A program made the translations under genes and the position numbers. The notes beneath the pieces are model-generated. The model was not told the origin of the DNA. It did no database searches and saw only the letters and a list, made by a program, of their open reading frames with translations. DNA of 64,000 nt from Naegleria gruberi (taxonomy: Eukaryota), in NCBI GenBank assembly GCA_000004985.1, contig GG738897.1; one strand, 5' to 3'. Each line of letters starts with the position of its first letter. Position 1 is the first letter of the stretch. Of the stretch, positions 1 to 10,584 are shown one piece after another.

Positions 1-1541
1 TGATGCTTTCAAGATTACATTCCCAAACCAATGATTTAACAGTTATGTCCATTTAATAAGAACAATAATGATGAGTATTATCTTAGAGACAGAGAATTTT
101 ACGAATTTGCTTTGAGATATGATGGAACATTGCAGAGGAAATTCGAAACGATGAATGGTTTGCTTAGCTGTCTCAACAAGGCGATCTGCTTTCAAATATG
201 CAACAGAAGAGAGGAAACAAGACCCACTCACAATTTGAGTGCCACGAAACCAATGAGTTTCTATTGTGATTCTGGAGAGCATGAGCATTATAGTTGGAGT
301 TACATGGTACCTCCTCGTTTACCTTCTTCAGATTTGTTTGATTGCACTATTTTCGATACCTATGCCCACCTTAACAAAGACAATCCTTATCTGTAGTTGA
401 TGCTCATTCAATGTGTCTGTAGTGGCAACTTTACAATAATCTACAATACTTTTATTTTTAATCTATTTCTAGAAACCACTCCCATTGTTGTCAAGTTATT
501 TTCATTTCTGGTTAAAATTTCACTTGACATGATGTTCAAACATACTCAGTGGTTACGATCATTAGGTTGTATCATTTCAATACAATGATTAATTTCAATG
601 CTTCTGGTCGGTACCTTCCTTCTGTTCACATTCGTCTTCTGAAAAGACTTTTCATGACTGAAGATCAATTTGAAACCGTCAACCAGAAACATGGAAGTTT
701 GGAAAAGGTGTCAACAACATCAAAACCGGAAAAAATCTATTTCAGGTCTAACTAATTAAAAGTACAACCTTCCTTACAGATTATCATGCATGCAATTTGG
801 AGATATGAAATCTGCCTAAACACAAATACTAATTTGTGGATGAATTGCCATTCAGATTTTCTTGTTGAAAATAGCTCATTACAAAATATTTGCAATATTT
901 CTCATTGCTGAAATATGGATAGTAGCAACTAGAAAAGTTTCTCCCGAATTTCATACAACCTCATTTCTCCATAGATCTGCGATTCTATTATAATACTTTA
1001 CAATTAATTGTAAGCTCTCACAATAGGTATTCTTTAATGAACTTTGTTCATTATAATTTTAAAGGTATCAAAAACATGCAACACGTTTACACACACACTA
1101 TCTCTCAATTCTTTAATAGTAAGCCACCAAACTCAACAATTTTTTCACAGTTTTAGCATCATTGACCAATTAATCCCAGAATTTACATTTAAATTCAATA
1201 ATTGTAGAGACCTTATATGGAATTAGCTTTTTTTCTTCAATAAGAGTGTTTGAGGCTTAGTATGGAGTGAAATTCATGCCCATAGTTCAAGGGCTGATTA
1301 GGATCTAAAGTCGGTTTTTCTGTTAAAATAAAGTAGAATTTTAATTGTGTTGTTTCACGCATTGCTGCCACTTGTCAGATTGCTCGAAGATTTAATTGAC
1401 TGTTGGCAGAAGTAATTTTCGGCTGTTTTGAAAAAAAAAGAAGAATCATCCTTTATTTGATCAAATACAGATTGCAGATTCTCTCCTCTAATTGTGTTTC
1501 GATTCTTTGTTTCCTCTAATTAATTTGAATAGCTCATCATC

Positions 1542-2557
1542 ATGGATTCTCTAATGTGGTCATTTTCTCAGGAATATAATGTTAAACAACAACCATCTTT
1601 TAAAAACTTCAAGGTTTGTTTTCAAATTCAACTCCATTCTAACTTTTCTTCTCAACATTCCACAACATTCGAATAATATTTATTCACTTGGCTTACCGAT
1701 TTCTATGGGTGCACACATATGATAATTGTTGAATTGTTATTGTTGTGTTTTTACTTTCAACACGTTTGTTGATTGACTTGTGTTAAAACCTTTCGAACAA
1801 TTCTCGTACAAACATGTTACCGACTTCCCTTTTCGATCAACTGACATTTGCGCGCCAAAATCTCATAAATTCCTTCTTAAACCATGATCTTCCTGGGTTT
1901 ACAATGGAAATTTCCATAAATACATCTAATAATGCTCAATTCACACAATAGACGAAAGTTGTTAAGGGAGGTTTTCAATCAGATTGGAAAGCAACTCCAT
2001 CCAATGATTCATCACCTTCTTCACCACCTGCTACTGGTTTAGTTTCCAATAAGAAGAAAAATGTGAAGAAACAAGCAAAGAATGTATTGATCAACACAAC
2101 AAGTTCTTCATTTTTCCCTTCCAGCAACGTAAGCTCAACTTTTGTATTCGAAACTAAACATTCCAAAAAGAATACGAAACAAGCCATGATCAACGCCAAT
2201 CAATTACCTTTACAAATTCCAAAATCAAACCACCATTCCACATCTTTCAATAATGTTCAACTCACCTGCTCTAATGCTCCTCCTAACAGTTTCCAACAAT
2301 TTAACATGTTGGTTTCAACTAAAGTCATTCCATTAGTAGATTATTCCCCAACCAATTTATCAACCCTTTCAAGCAGTTCATCACTTTCGAATACAGTTCA
2401 ATCTCCTGTTACTGAGTTTGATGCTTGTTCAGTTCAGAATAGTCCAAAATTATCAAACGAAACTTGTTTCAATAATACGATACAGAAAATTGAAAAGTCA
2501 AATAAGATGAAGAAACACAATAGAACTGCAATTTCTATCAGAGAATTATTAAATTAA
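1542..2557 (+). CDS. Candidate Ser/Asn/Thr-rich hypothetical protein. Tentative 2-exon model: 1542-1613 and 1952-2557.
   Basis: ATG at 1542 gives 24 codons ending at a GTTTGT donor (1614). An in-frame acceptor cAG at 1950-1951 joins the long ORF that ends with TAA at 2555-2557, which the track reports as 2063..2557. The intron would be 338 nt, longer than others here. No recognisable domain. Confidence 0.3.
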
Positions 2558-2839
2558 TAAACAATAAATCATCTAACGTTTCAGTTGAAAACTTAATATT
2601 TCTTTTGAAAAATGTATACGAAACTGTTTCAGATTGCTGTACTGGAAAGGTATTAGACCAACAACAAGAGGCGCCTCCAAGAAACGATACAGTTTTAATC
2701 AAATTAGAGAACTTTAACGTTTCCATGATATCAAATTCAACACGTTCAATTCCTCAATAATATCACATAAGGTACTTTTTTTACTTGACTGATTCAAAAC
2801 TCGAGAATATCTTTCAGTAAATTATTGAGCCATCATATT

Positions 2840-4511
2840 TCATTCCATTTCTAATTCTCTATTATTCACAATACTCAATATTTTCCTTGCTAATTCAGTC
2901 TCATTTGAAGAAGTTGATGACATCATTCCTTCAATAGTTTCAATGACTCCATAATCTTTGACGGATTGGATTACTGTTTCCTTGAAATGTGAATTCAAAA
3001 GTGCCTCAAGCCCTTGCAAACACATAGGAAAATATATATTGTCTGTAATCATTCCTTGATGGAATACTCCAACAACACTTCTATCGAGTAAATATTTTAC
3101 AACTTTCTCATTTGGCAAATCACAAATGTTTCTCACAGCCCAAAAGGCCTCTTTTTTTACTGAGACAGGTGATTCGTTGTTATTGAGAATGTCCAAAGCT
3201 TGCTGAACTAATCCTGCATCAATTGCCTTTTGCACTTGTGGAACAGTACCAGCAGTAATATTCGATAATATCCAAACAGCTTCCTTTTTCATTCCTTGTT
3301 TGGAATGGTCGAGTATTAGAGGTAATACCTCTAATAGACCTGATTCTAGCACATGATCTGTACTTGTGTCATTTCCAGATCCAATTACATTTCCAAGAAT
3401 ACGAAGAGCAGGACTAAATTAATTTTAAATAAATGAATTCTCTTGTATGCTTACCTTTGCACAGCATAACTGCTACCGTGATTGAGGAATGAAACCACTC
3501 TTTTGGTAACACCAGCATTTATGAACAGTTCTGTGGCTGTGTCATCCAGAGGTCTATCAAGTGCATGGGAGAGAGCCCAACAGGTATCAATAAGAACTTC
3601 TTCGTCAGTCTGGTTCTGGATTAGGTCAATCATTATTGGAAATGCATCTTTGACATATTCTATTGATACACTTGGTTTACCTCTCATCATATTTGCCAAT
3701 GCCCATGTTGCTTAATAAATGATTAAACGAATTGTAATCATATTAACCTACCATTTCTTAAGAAACTTAATCGGTAGGTCGTTGGGTTGGTTTTAAAAAA
3801 TGGTAACATTATTGATAGAGCCCCATGACTCAATACCAAATCTCTGTAACCTACACTGTCACCACAAATATTTCCTAATGCCCAAAAACATTGTTCCACT
3901 AAATCTGCACAACTTCCATTACATTCTATGAGTTTAAGGATTTTTTCAATACATCCCAATGAAACTACATGTTGAGTATGTGCGGATGATCCACTTGAAA
4001 CATTGGTCAATGCCCATACAGCTTCGAATTGTAATAGATTCAAGTTGAATCTAGTAATGGATTGAAGTTTCTTCACATTCGTCCTGGTGCTGCCTTCCGA
4101 AATATTAAAATATTTGGCAACCTCCTGTTCGTCAATGAGTTTAGCTAGCATTGTGGGTATCCCAGAATCAATCACTTGTGTAATCAGTTGATTAGAAATA
4201 TTTGTCAAAATTTTCCTCACTGTAGTAGCATAGTCCAAAATAGTGCTAAAATTATTACCATCCAAATCAAGATAATAACACATAATTCCTAGATTTCGCT
4301 CCGGGAGAGGCAAATCTTTCCTGGTGAGTTCTCTAGAATTGCAAAATCTTGCTCTTGATTTATTCAATAAATTATTTCTAACTTTTTGTTTTTGTAACCA
4401 AACCTCCTTTCTAGATGTTAATTTTGGTTTTCCTTCCTGATGATGATGATGATCGGTACCATTGTAGTTTTCAGTTGATGATAGAATTTCTTCAAAAGTT
4501 GGTCGGCTCAT
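2840..4511 (-). CDS. Importin-alpha (karyopherin alpha) with N-terminal IBB-like basic region and Armadillo repeats. Three exons: 4511-3751, 3710-3455, 3413-2840.
   Basis: ATG at 4511 (plus-strand 'cat' at 4509-4511). ARM repeat motifs such as 'FEAVWALTNVSSGSS', 'FWALGNICGDS', 'WALSHALD', 'PALRILGNVI' and 'AVWILSNITAG' are in the order expected for importin-alpha. Two phase-consistent introns of 40 and 41 nt: GTAGGT...AG at 3750-3711 and GTAAGC...AG at 3454-3414. Stop at 2840. Confidence 0.8.
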
Positions 4512-4848
4512 TTTTTTTAAAGATCGAAGTTTTCTCGTACAAAATTTCTACTAATCAAAGGAAGGACAGTTGTTGATCTCGAGAAAGGAATATTGTTTTA
4601 GATATTTTCGTTTCAGCATTTGATAACTTTCATTTCTCAAGGTGGATTTTTCAAAATTGGCTTGCTATTTTGAGAAGGGATTGTTGTTAAAGAAACTCTG
4701 ATTTCATTTTCAAGATTATACCATTTTCCAACACAAGACAAACTCTACTGATGATAATAAATCATTTAGAATTGGATACTAATCCTCTTCTTCTCACAAT
4801 TTAAACATGAATTAATCTTTGAAAACTTAGAACGTCTAAGACAAAAAA

Positions 4849-6222
4849 ATGCTGCAATACCAAACCGATAATAGTACTAATGAAGAGAATGCACAACCAA
4901 TTAGAAAGCCTACTGAGGAGGTAAAACATGAACTTAAACAAGACCCATTCTTCACACTTAGACACAAAATCGTTTTGGAAGAGGGGAGTATGAGCCAATT
5001 GATAGAACAAAACAACTACTTGGCCAAAAATCCTCCCGAGCAACCAGATGACTTAAGGGATTGGATTTATACACTGTGGATTCTATCTGATATTGGCAAA
5101 GAACCAGCTGCTAATGCACACCAAGCGTTTCTCCTTTCAAAAAAGACAGAGAATGGTCAGTACATAATACCATCAGCTTGTAGGTTAATCGTTAACGCTT
5201 ATGAAGGTTGGAGTAAGGATGAAATAGTTAATGAAATTCTATGTCCACAATCAAAACCAGGAGAGTTTAAACGGGATTTATTGTTGTGCTCTGAAGCTCT
5301 TCTTCTTATTTACATCAAAAAGAGCCTCTTTCTTGATCAAGCTATCAGGTTTTGTTTCATTGCCTCACTGTTCGGCAAGAAGCGTTGCTGGCACCAACTT
5401 CAGTTTCAAATGTTTAAATCAAAGCAAGAACAATCTTATGAAGAAATAATGAAAGATTTAAGAATGCAGGTAACGTATGGTCTCTTGCTTGAAAATCATT
5501 TAGTCCAACATCAACAAAGGATACTAGAGTGTGTCCAAAATGAAAATCAAATATATTTGCCAGAAAAGAAACGAGAACGTGTTACTGAACTGATGAAAGG
5601 ATTGCAACTCGTTACAAAATTGGTAAAGCAAAAAAATAATCCAACTCTGGAACTAGAAGAGCTGATTCTAAACGGTGTTTTAGATGAGGAAAAATTCATG
5701 ATGATTATGGCTTCTAAACCTTCCTTTGCAAACTGCTTACGTTTGTTCTATGCTCTTCCTGGATTGAAATCTTCCATATCAAAAATAAATATTGAAGATG
5801 AATGGGGGGCTGAAGATGGTAAATGTGACGAAAGCAGAACTTGCCTTTCATTTTACTATGTTTCTGCCATTCATGAACGATGGGAACCTAACATATATCA
5901 ATTTGTTATGAGTGAAGCAGATATTACAATGTATGGAGGTGCTATTGAGAATTTAGTCGAGCATTTTATCAAATTAAAAGAAGAGGCATTTGCAATAGCT
6001 CTGTTAGAAGAGTGCGTAAAATTTGAGACACATTTTGTGGAAAATATCTACGAATCAGCCGAAAGAAAGTCAACAGTTTTGTACAAATGTAGAAAGTATT
6101 TGGAGTGGTGCATGAAGTTGAATAATGAAGGAGAACAAGGTTGGCTTGAAAAATTGAATGAAATTGATAAAAAAAGGGAAAACCTTGAAATCAAACATAC
6201 CTGGACTGACAGCGATTACTAA
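4849..6222 (+). CDS. Hypothetical protein, 457 aa. Single exon.
   Basis: Long uninterrupted ORF starting at ATG 4849. Composition and codon use match neighbouring genes. No domain recognised by eye. Confidence 0.45.
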   Translation: MLQYQTDNSTNEENAQPIRKPTEEVKHELKQDPFFTLRHKIVLEEGSMSQLIEQNNYLAKNPPEQPDDLRDWIYTLWILSDIGKEPAANAHQAFLLSKKTENGQYIIPSACRLIVNAYEGWSKDEIVNEILCPQSKPGEFKRDLLLCSEALLLIYIKKSLFLDQAIRFCFIASLFGKKRCWHQLQFQMFKSKQEQSYEEIMKDLRMQVTYGLLLENHLVQHQQRILECVQNENQIYLPEKKRERVTELMKGLQLVTKLVKQKNNPTLELEELILNGVLDEEKFMMIMASKPSFANCLRLFYALPGLKSSISKINIEDEWGAEDGKCDESRTCLSFYYVSAIHERWEPNIYQFVMSEADITMYGGAIENLVEHFIKLKEEAFAIALLEECVKFETHFVENIYESAERKSTVLYKCRKYLEWCMKLNNEGEQGWLEKLNEIDKKRENLEIKHTWTDSDY

Positions 6223-6355
6223 GTGTATAATTGCAATTCCAGAAATTACCTCAAAGCGTTCCTAATTCTTTTACTTAATTGAATTAATTCTCCATAATTT
6301 GAGTATTCCATACTTATTGAAACATTTAAAGGAATTTAGATATTTGTGAAACACT

Positions 6356-7675
6356 TTAAATGTTGCACTTGTTGTTTGGATCCAAATAAAAGTGTTCTCT
6401 CTGTTTTAAATAGTTCAATTTTTGTCTGGACATCCATACACCATTAATATGGAAGAGAACCATTTCATTCTTTCCTGTTTCATCAATTTCTGGTCCCACA
6501 ATAGCTGTGTATTGACACTTATTAGGGAACTTTTGTACTGGAAGATATCCAATTGAGTTTACAAAATCCATGTTACCATTCTTCTTTAATTTAGTAACGA
6601 GAGCGTTAAGAATAGCTTGATCATTGGTTGGTTCGGTTCTTCCATTTGGATTAGGACCATCCAATAAAGAAACGTCAACTGGAATGAACATGGTCAAAAT
6701 ATCAATCAGTATTGGTTTCATCCAAGTTTCTAAAAATTGAATGGACTTTGGTTCTGATTTAACATAATAGACACCAGTATTAATCTTAATATCATCCCTA
6801 TGGAGTGATTCGTAGGTTCCACAAGTTTCAATTTGGAAAATAATGTCGAATTTAGATGTATCTGGATAGGTCCTCATGAAATCTGTTGGATTCTGGAAGA
6901 GAACTACATCCAAATCGCTGAATAGTACATTAAATCCTTTCTTTACACATTTCCATACCATAATAGGTTTCAGCAATGTAACAAATTCCCAATGTTTGGT
7001 AAATAATTCCCTCTGAATAACATTCTCTCCCTTTTCCTTGAATTGTTCCATAAAATTCTTGTAAAACTTTTCGACATCCTTATCCAATTGATCCAATCGA
7101 GTCTCCTCCATAAAATCAATAACCAATTGTGGAATTTCCTTTGGCGTGAATGGAATAATTCTCATCTCTTCCTCTTCTTTAATCATCTCTACAGGAATAT
7201 CAGTCAAACTTGAATAAATCCTCTTTTTCAAATTCTTCATGATGGAACCATCAAGCTCATCCAAATCAACAAAGACAAACAAGACAAAATTATCAATCCT
7301 ATTCTTTTTCAATCCACAAATCCACTGTTTAGCCATAATCCAATAAGTAGGAAGCTTATTTTTCATATCCTCCGAAGATGACGAATCCAAAATTTGTTTT
7401 AAATTCTCCACAGAAAGTAACCCTAGAATTATATCATTTTGCTTTTGTATCTTTTTCAGAGTTTGTGTGGATATAAAGGATGATAATGATGAATCTGTTA
7501 ATATTGGCGCCGATGATTGTATTAAATTATTTTCATCCTTTGAAAGGCTTGTTTCTTGTTGGTAAATTGATGAAGGTTTAATCCACCAAATAATCATCAC
7601 AATAGTCAATATTATTCCCACGATCAAGTACCATCTTTTCCGAGTATTGGATTTGTCTTGATAGGCTTTAAACAT
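6356..7675 (-). CDS. Type II membrane glycosyltransferase. Nucleotide-diphospho-sugar transferase fold (PF03407 / GT77-like).
   Basis: ATG at 7675. N-terminal signal-anchor 'WYLIVGIILTIVMIIWWI'. Catalytic region 'FNVLFSDLDVVLFQNP...DIIFQIETCG...INTGVYYV' resembles the nucleotide-diphospho-sugar transferase family. Confidence 0.55.
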   Translation of the reverse strand: MFKAYQDKSNTRKRWYLIVGIILTIVMIIWWIKPSSIYQQETSLSKDENNLIQSSAPILTDSSLSSFISTQTLKKIQKQNDIILGLLSVENLKQILDSSSSEDMKNKLPTYWIMAKQWICGLKKNRIDNFVLFVFVDLDELDGSIMKNLKKRIYSSLTDIPVEMIKEEEEMRIIPFTPKEIPQLVIDFMEETRLDQLDKDVEKFYKNFMEQFKEKGENVIQRELFTKHWEFVTLLKPIMVWKCVKKGFNVLFSDLDVVLFQNPTDFMRTYPDTSKFDIIFQIETCGTYESLHRDDIKINTGVYYVKSEPKSIQFLETWMKPILIDILTMFIPVDVSLLDGPNPNGRTEPTNDQAILNALVTKLKKNGNMDFVNSIGYLPVQKFPNKCQYTAIVGPEIDETGKNEMVLFHINGVWMSRQKLNYLKQREHFYLDPNNKCNI

Positions 7676-7689
7676 TTTTTTAAATTTAT

Positions 7690-8046
7690 TTACAATTTAA
7701 TATTTATTAAACTGTTACTATTTTGTAATTTTGATTTTGAATTAGACTCCTTACCATTCTTTAAAGGTTGTGGTACAAGTTTAAGTTTCACCCATATCCT
7801 CATGATTTTATTATATGGAGTCTTAATTATTGTAATTAATAGAAAGTATCTTGGTTTGAAGAAGCTATTGAATGCGTTAGGTTTCGTTTTGTTTTCCAGA
7901 GCTTTAGTGAGTCCACCAAGTACTCTCTTTTCAAAGAATTGTTTGTATGTGATACCTGGTTGGACAGAAGTATCATGTTTGATAACATGTCCATTTCCAT
8001 CCACCATGATGTTTTCTCCAATTATTATGATGCATTCCTTTTTCAA
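7690..8046 (-). CDS. Orphan coding exon or small ORF, 118 aa in frame. No in-frame ATG; probably an internal or terminal exon of an unresolved gene.
   Basis: The track ORF starts with TTG (8046-8044). The in-frame stop lies just upstream at about 8080, so an acceptor is likely needed. Protein-like composition ('IIIIGENIMVDGNGHVIKHDTSVQPGITYKQFFEKRVLGGL'). Confidence 0.2.
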   Translation of the reverse strand: MKKECIIIIGENIMVDGNGHVIKHDTSVQPGITYKQFFEKRVLGGLTKALENKTKPNAFNSFFKPRYFLLITIIKTPYNKIMRIWVKLKLVPQPLKNGKESNSKSKLQNSNSLINIKL

Positions 8047-8852
8047 AACATGAAAACGAATTCCGAATTCCTTTCAAATTAGAATTGAAAAGCATGCATG
8101 TTATTTCTGCTCATGATGGTTAAATACCTCATGTATCCTCAATTACATCATCCACATGAAGATCATTTTATGGCCACACACTCTGGCAAAGTTATCAAGC
8201 TCTGTACGTATCTGACATTGTCTCCAAAGGTTCACCTCTTATCACCCTTTTTAGTGAAAAAACATTATCACTGCGTTTGATAATTCAAATCAGGCCATTT
8301 TGATAGGAGTGGAATTGAACTTGAAAGACAAGTATGAAATACATCCCTACAACCGTGTCGCATGTATAAATCTCTTAATACATGAATTGTAGATGTTAAG
8401 GCATGTTATGAATGTTACATCTTTTTTTCTGTAGTTTACAAATTTCAAAGCCACCATCAACAAACAACACATGTTGTGTGTTAATGCGCATGGATCATGT
8501 TGAGAATGAGGTTGTGGTGTGTGATGTTTCGCAGTTAAAGCAGTTATTGGCTTCGTCTTCAATTATAAAAGTGCAATGATATTGCTTTACCTGGCTATTA
8601 GAAACCAAACTTTGAAATTTTAATAATTCCCTTATTCCCTCATATTCCTCTCAATTAAGAAAATTGAATAGTGCTGTAGATGGACACCTTTATTAAGGTA
8701 TCACACTTTCCAATCTCTAGCTCGTAATAATTGTGCTCTAACAGTAAATTCTTCAAGTTCAATCCCACTCCTTTCAGCTAACCCAAAGAATGCCCAATTT
8801 GGTTGTTTTTACCTTCCTATCTGGGAGATAGAACCAATCCCCATTAAAAAAA

Positions 8853-10166
8853 ATGTCGCAACCAAACTATCTCTCAAACTCTGAGAGTAATATTAGCAGT
8901 TACAACAACATTGATGACACATCTATGAGTTCACCAACTTCAATACATGCATCAACACCAGCATCATCATCAACTATTGAATTGTTGGCCACAACAATGT
9001 TTAATAAGGGACTTGATACATGCTCCAGTACCATCCTGATGTATAATGAAGATGCCAAATACGAAGATAAGAATCATGTTGATATCAGCAACGGAACATG
9101 CCAAGAAGACAAACAAAAGCAACAAAACCAAAGCATGGAAGATGGTTTCCATACGTTTAGAAAATTCAGTGTTCCATTCATTGAAGGGATTAAATTCTCA
9201 GCACAGGATGATGAAGAATGTGATTTCAAGTTGATTGGAAAGGAATACAAGTATTCATTATTTGATGGGAAGGATCATTCGGCCATGTATGAGAGATATA
9301 GACCCAGATATCCACCTGCTCTTTTCGATAAGATGATCATGCCCAAGCTGGAAGGATTCGCTTCTAAAGTTGTTGTGGATGTTGCATGTGGACCAGGTAA
9401 TGCAACCTTTGATTTGGCCAAGAGATGTGATTTTGTTATTGGAGCTGATATTTCACAAGCACAGATTGATAAAGCAGAGAGGATTTTAGGAGAACATCGA
9501 GATGAATTTCCAAATCTCATATTTGATTGTGCATGTGCTGAGAATCTTACAGATCTAGTGGAAAAGCATCGATCGACTTTGAAGAAATATCAGCATGAAG
9601 TTTCTCATTCAACATGTGATGATGAGAATAATAGTAATAATCAACAACAGGAAGAGGAGAATTATGAATTTTTTGATTTGATCACAGTTGCATGTTCATT
9701 GCATTGGTTTGATTTTGAAAAGTTCTTTGCTCAGGCAGATAAAGTCCTCAAGAAGGGAGGTTATCTGATTGCATGGACCTATTTTCTCAATACATTTTCG
9801 AATGAGAAGGCAGAGCAGATTATTACTGATTTTTATAATAGTGATGAATTGAAATCTTGTTGGACACCTAGGAAAACATTCTTGGATCACAAATATAGAA
9901 ATATTCCATACGTTCCATATGAGGATAATATGGAATTTGTTACCTTTACCTACTCTTCACAAATACCTTTGGGAGATTACATTGGGTTTTTGAAAACTTT
10001 GAGTGTAGTTCAAAAGTATGGAGACATGTATGGAATTGAAAAGAAGGATCAATTCATGTCACGTCTAACTGCTCAACTCTCTGAAGCTTTGAATATTCAC
10101 AGTGAAGAAGAACTGATGGAATTCAGTTTACCATTCGTTTTCCTCGTAACTAGAAAACACACCTAA
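8853..10166 (+). CDS. Class I SAM-dependent methyltransferase with a Ser/Asn-rich N-terminal extension.
   Basis: ATG at 8853. Motif I 'VVDVACGPGNATFDLA' (GxGxG SAM-binding) followed by 'FVIGADIS' and the post-I acidic residue. About 250-aa MTase core resembling Methyltransf_11 / trans-aconitate MTase-like enzymes. Confidence 0.65.
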   Translation: MSQPNYLSNSESNISSYNNIDDTSMSSPTSIHASTPASSSTIELLATTMFNKGLDTCSSTILMYNEDAKYEDKNHVDISNGTCQEDKQKQQNQSMEDGFHTFRKFSVPFIEGIKFSAQDDEECDFKLIGKEYKYSLFDGKDHSAMYERYRPRYPPALFDKMIMPKLEGFASKVVVDVACGPGNATFDLAKRCDFVIGADISQAQIDKAERILGEHRDEFPNLIFDCACAENLTDLVEKHRSTLKKYQHEVSHSTCDDENNSNNQQQEEENYEFFDLITVACSLHWFDFEKFFAQADKVLKKGGYLIAWTYFLNTFSNEKAEQIITDFYNSDELKSCWTPRKTFLDHKYRNIPYVPYEDNMEFVTFTYSSQIPLGDYIGFLKTLSVVQKYGDMYGIEKKDQFMSRLTAQLSEALNIHSEEELMEFSLPFVFLVTRKHT

Positions 10167-10584
10167 TTCTGAAATCTTTCTCTAACTCAATCACCATTAT
10201 CAGCTTTTTGAATACTGCAAAATCTAGGAGAATTTACAAATCATCTAGCAAGCTACGCTTAACCAATACCAAGGAATAATGATTTCATATTTCAGAATTG
10301 AAAATCATTCTCGAGCAACTTTTGTAATTCATGAATCTCACAAACTAAACACCTCAAAGGCTCTTCTTCAAAAACCAAATTGAACCAATAAATTGAATTA
10401 CAATGACAGTATCCAACTTCAATTTGCAGGATTTTGCTCGATTTTCAAAAACTCACAGCACAAAAACGAATAAATAGCAAGAAGAATCGTGCTTGCGGAG
10501 ATTCATAAATAAATAATAATTTGCCGCAAAAAAACAACACCACAACAATCACCACATCTATTAACTCCGATTGTTTAATTGATA

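Noticed and set aside
3482-3715. Plus-strand ORF antisense to importin-alpha exon 2.
   Set aside because: The minus-strand frame carries conserved ARM-repeat motifs and correct splice phases. The plus frame has no features.
8098-8562. Small ORFs 8098..8280 (+) and 8347..8562 (-) in the spacer upstream of the methyltransferase.
   Set aside because: Short and His/Cys/Leu-biased, with no start context and no splice-consistent partners. They probably lie in an untranslated or promoter region. They could hide the 5' exon of the orphan exon at 7690-8046, but I cannot support that.
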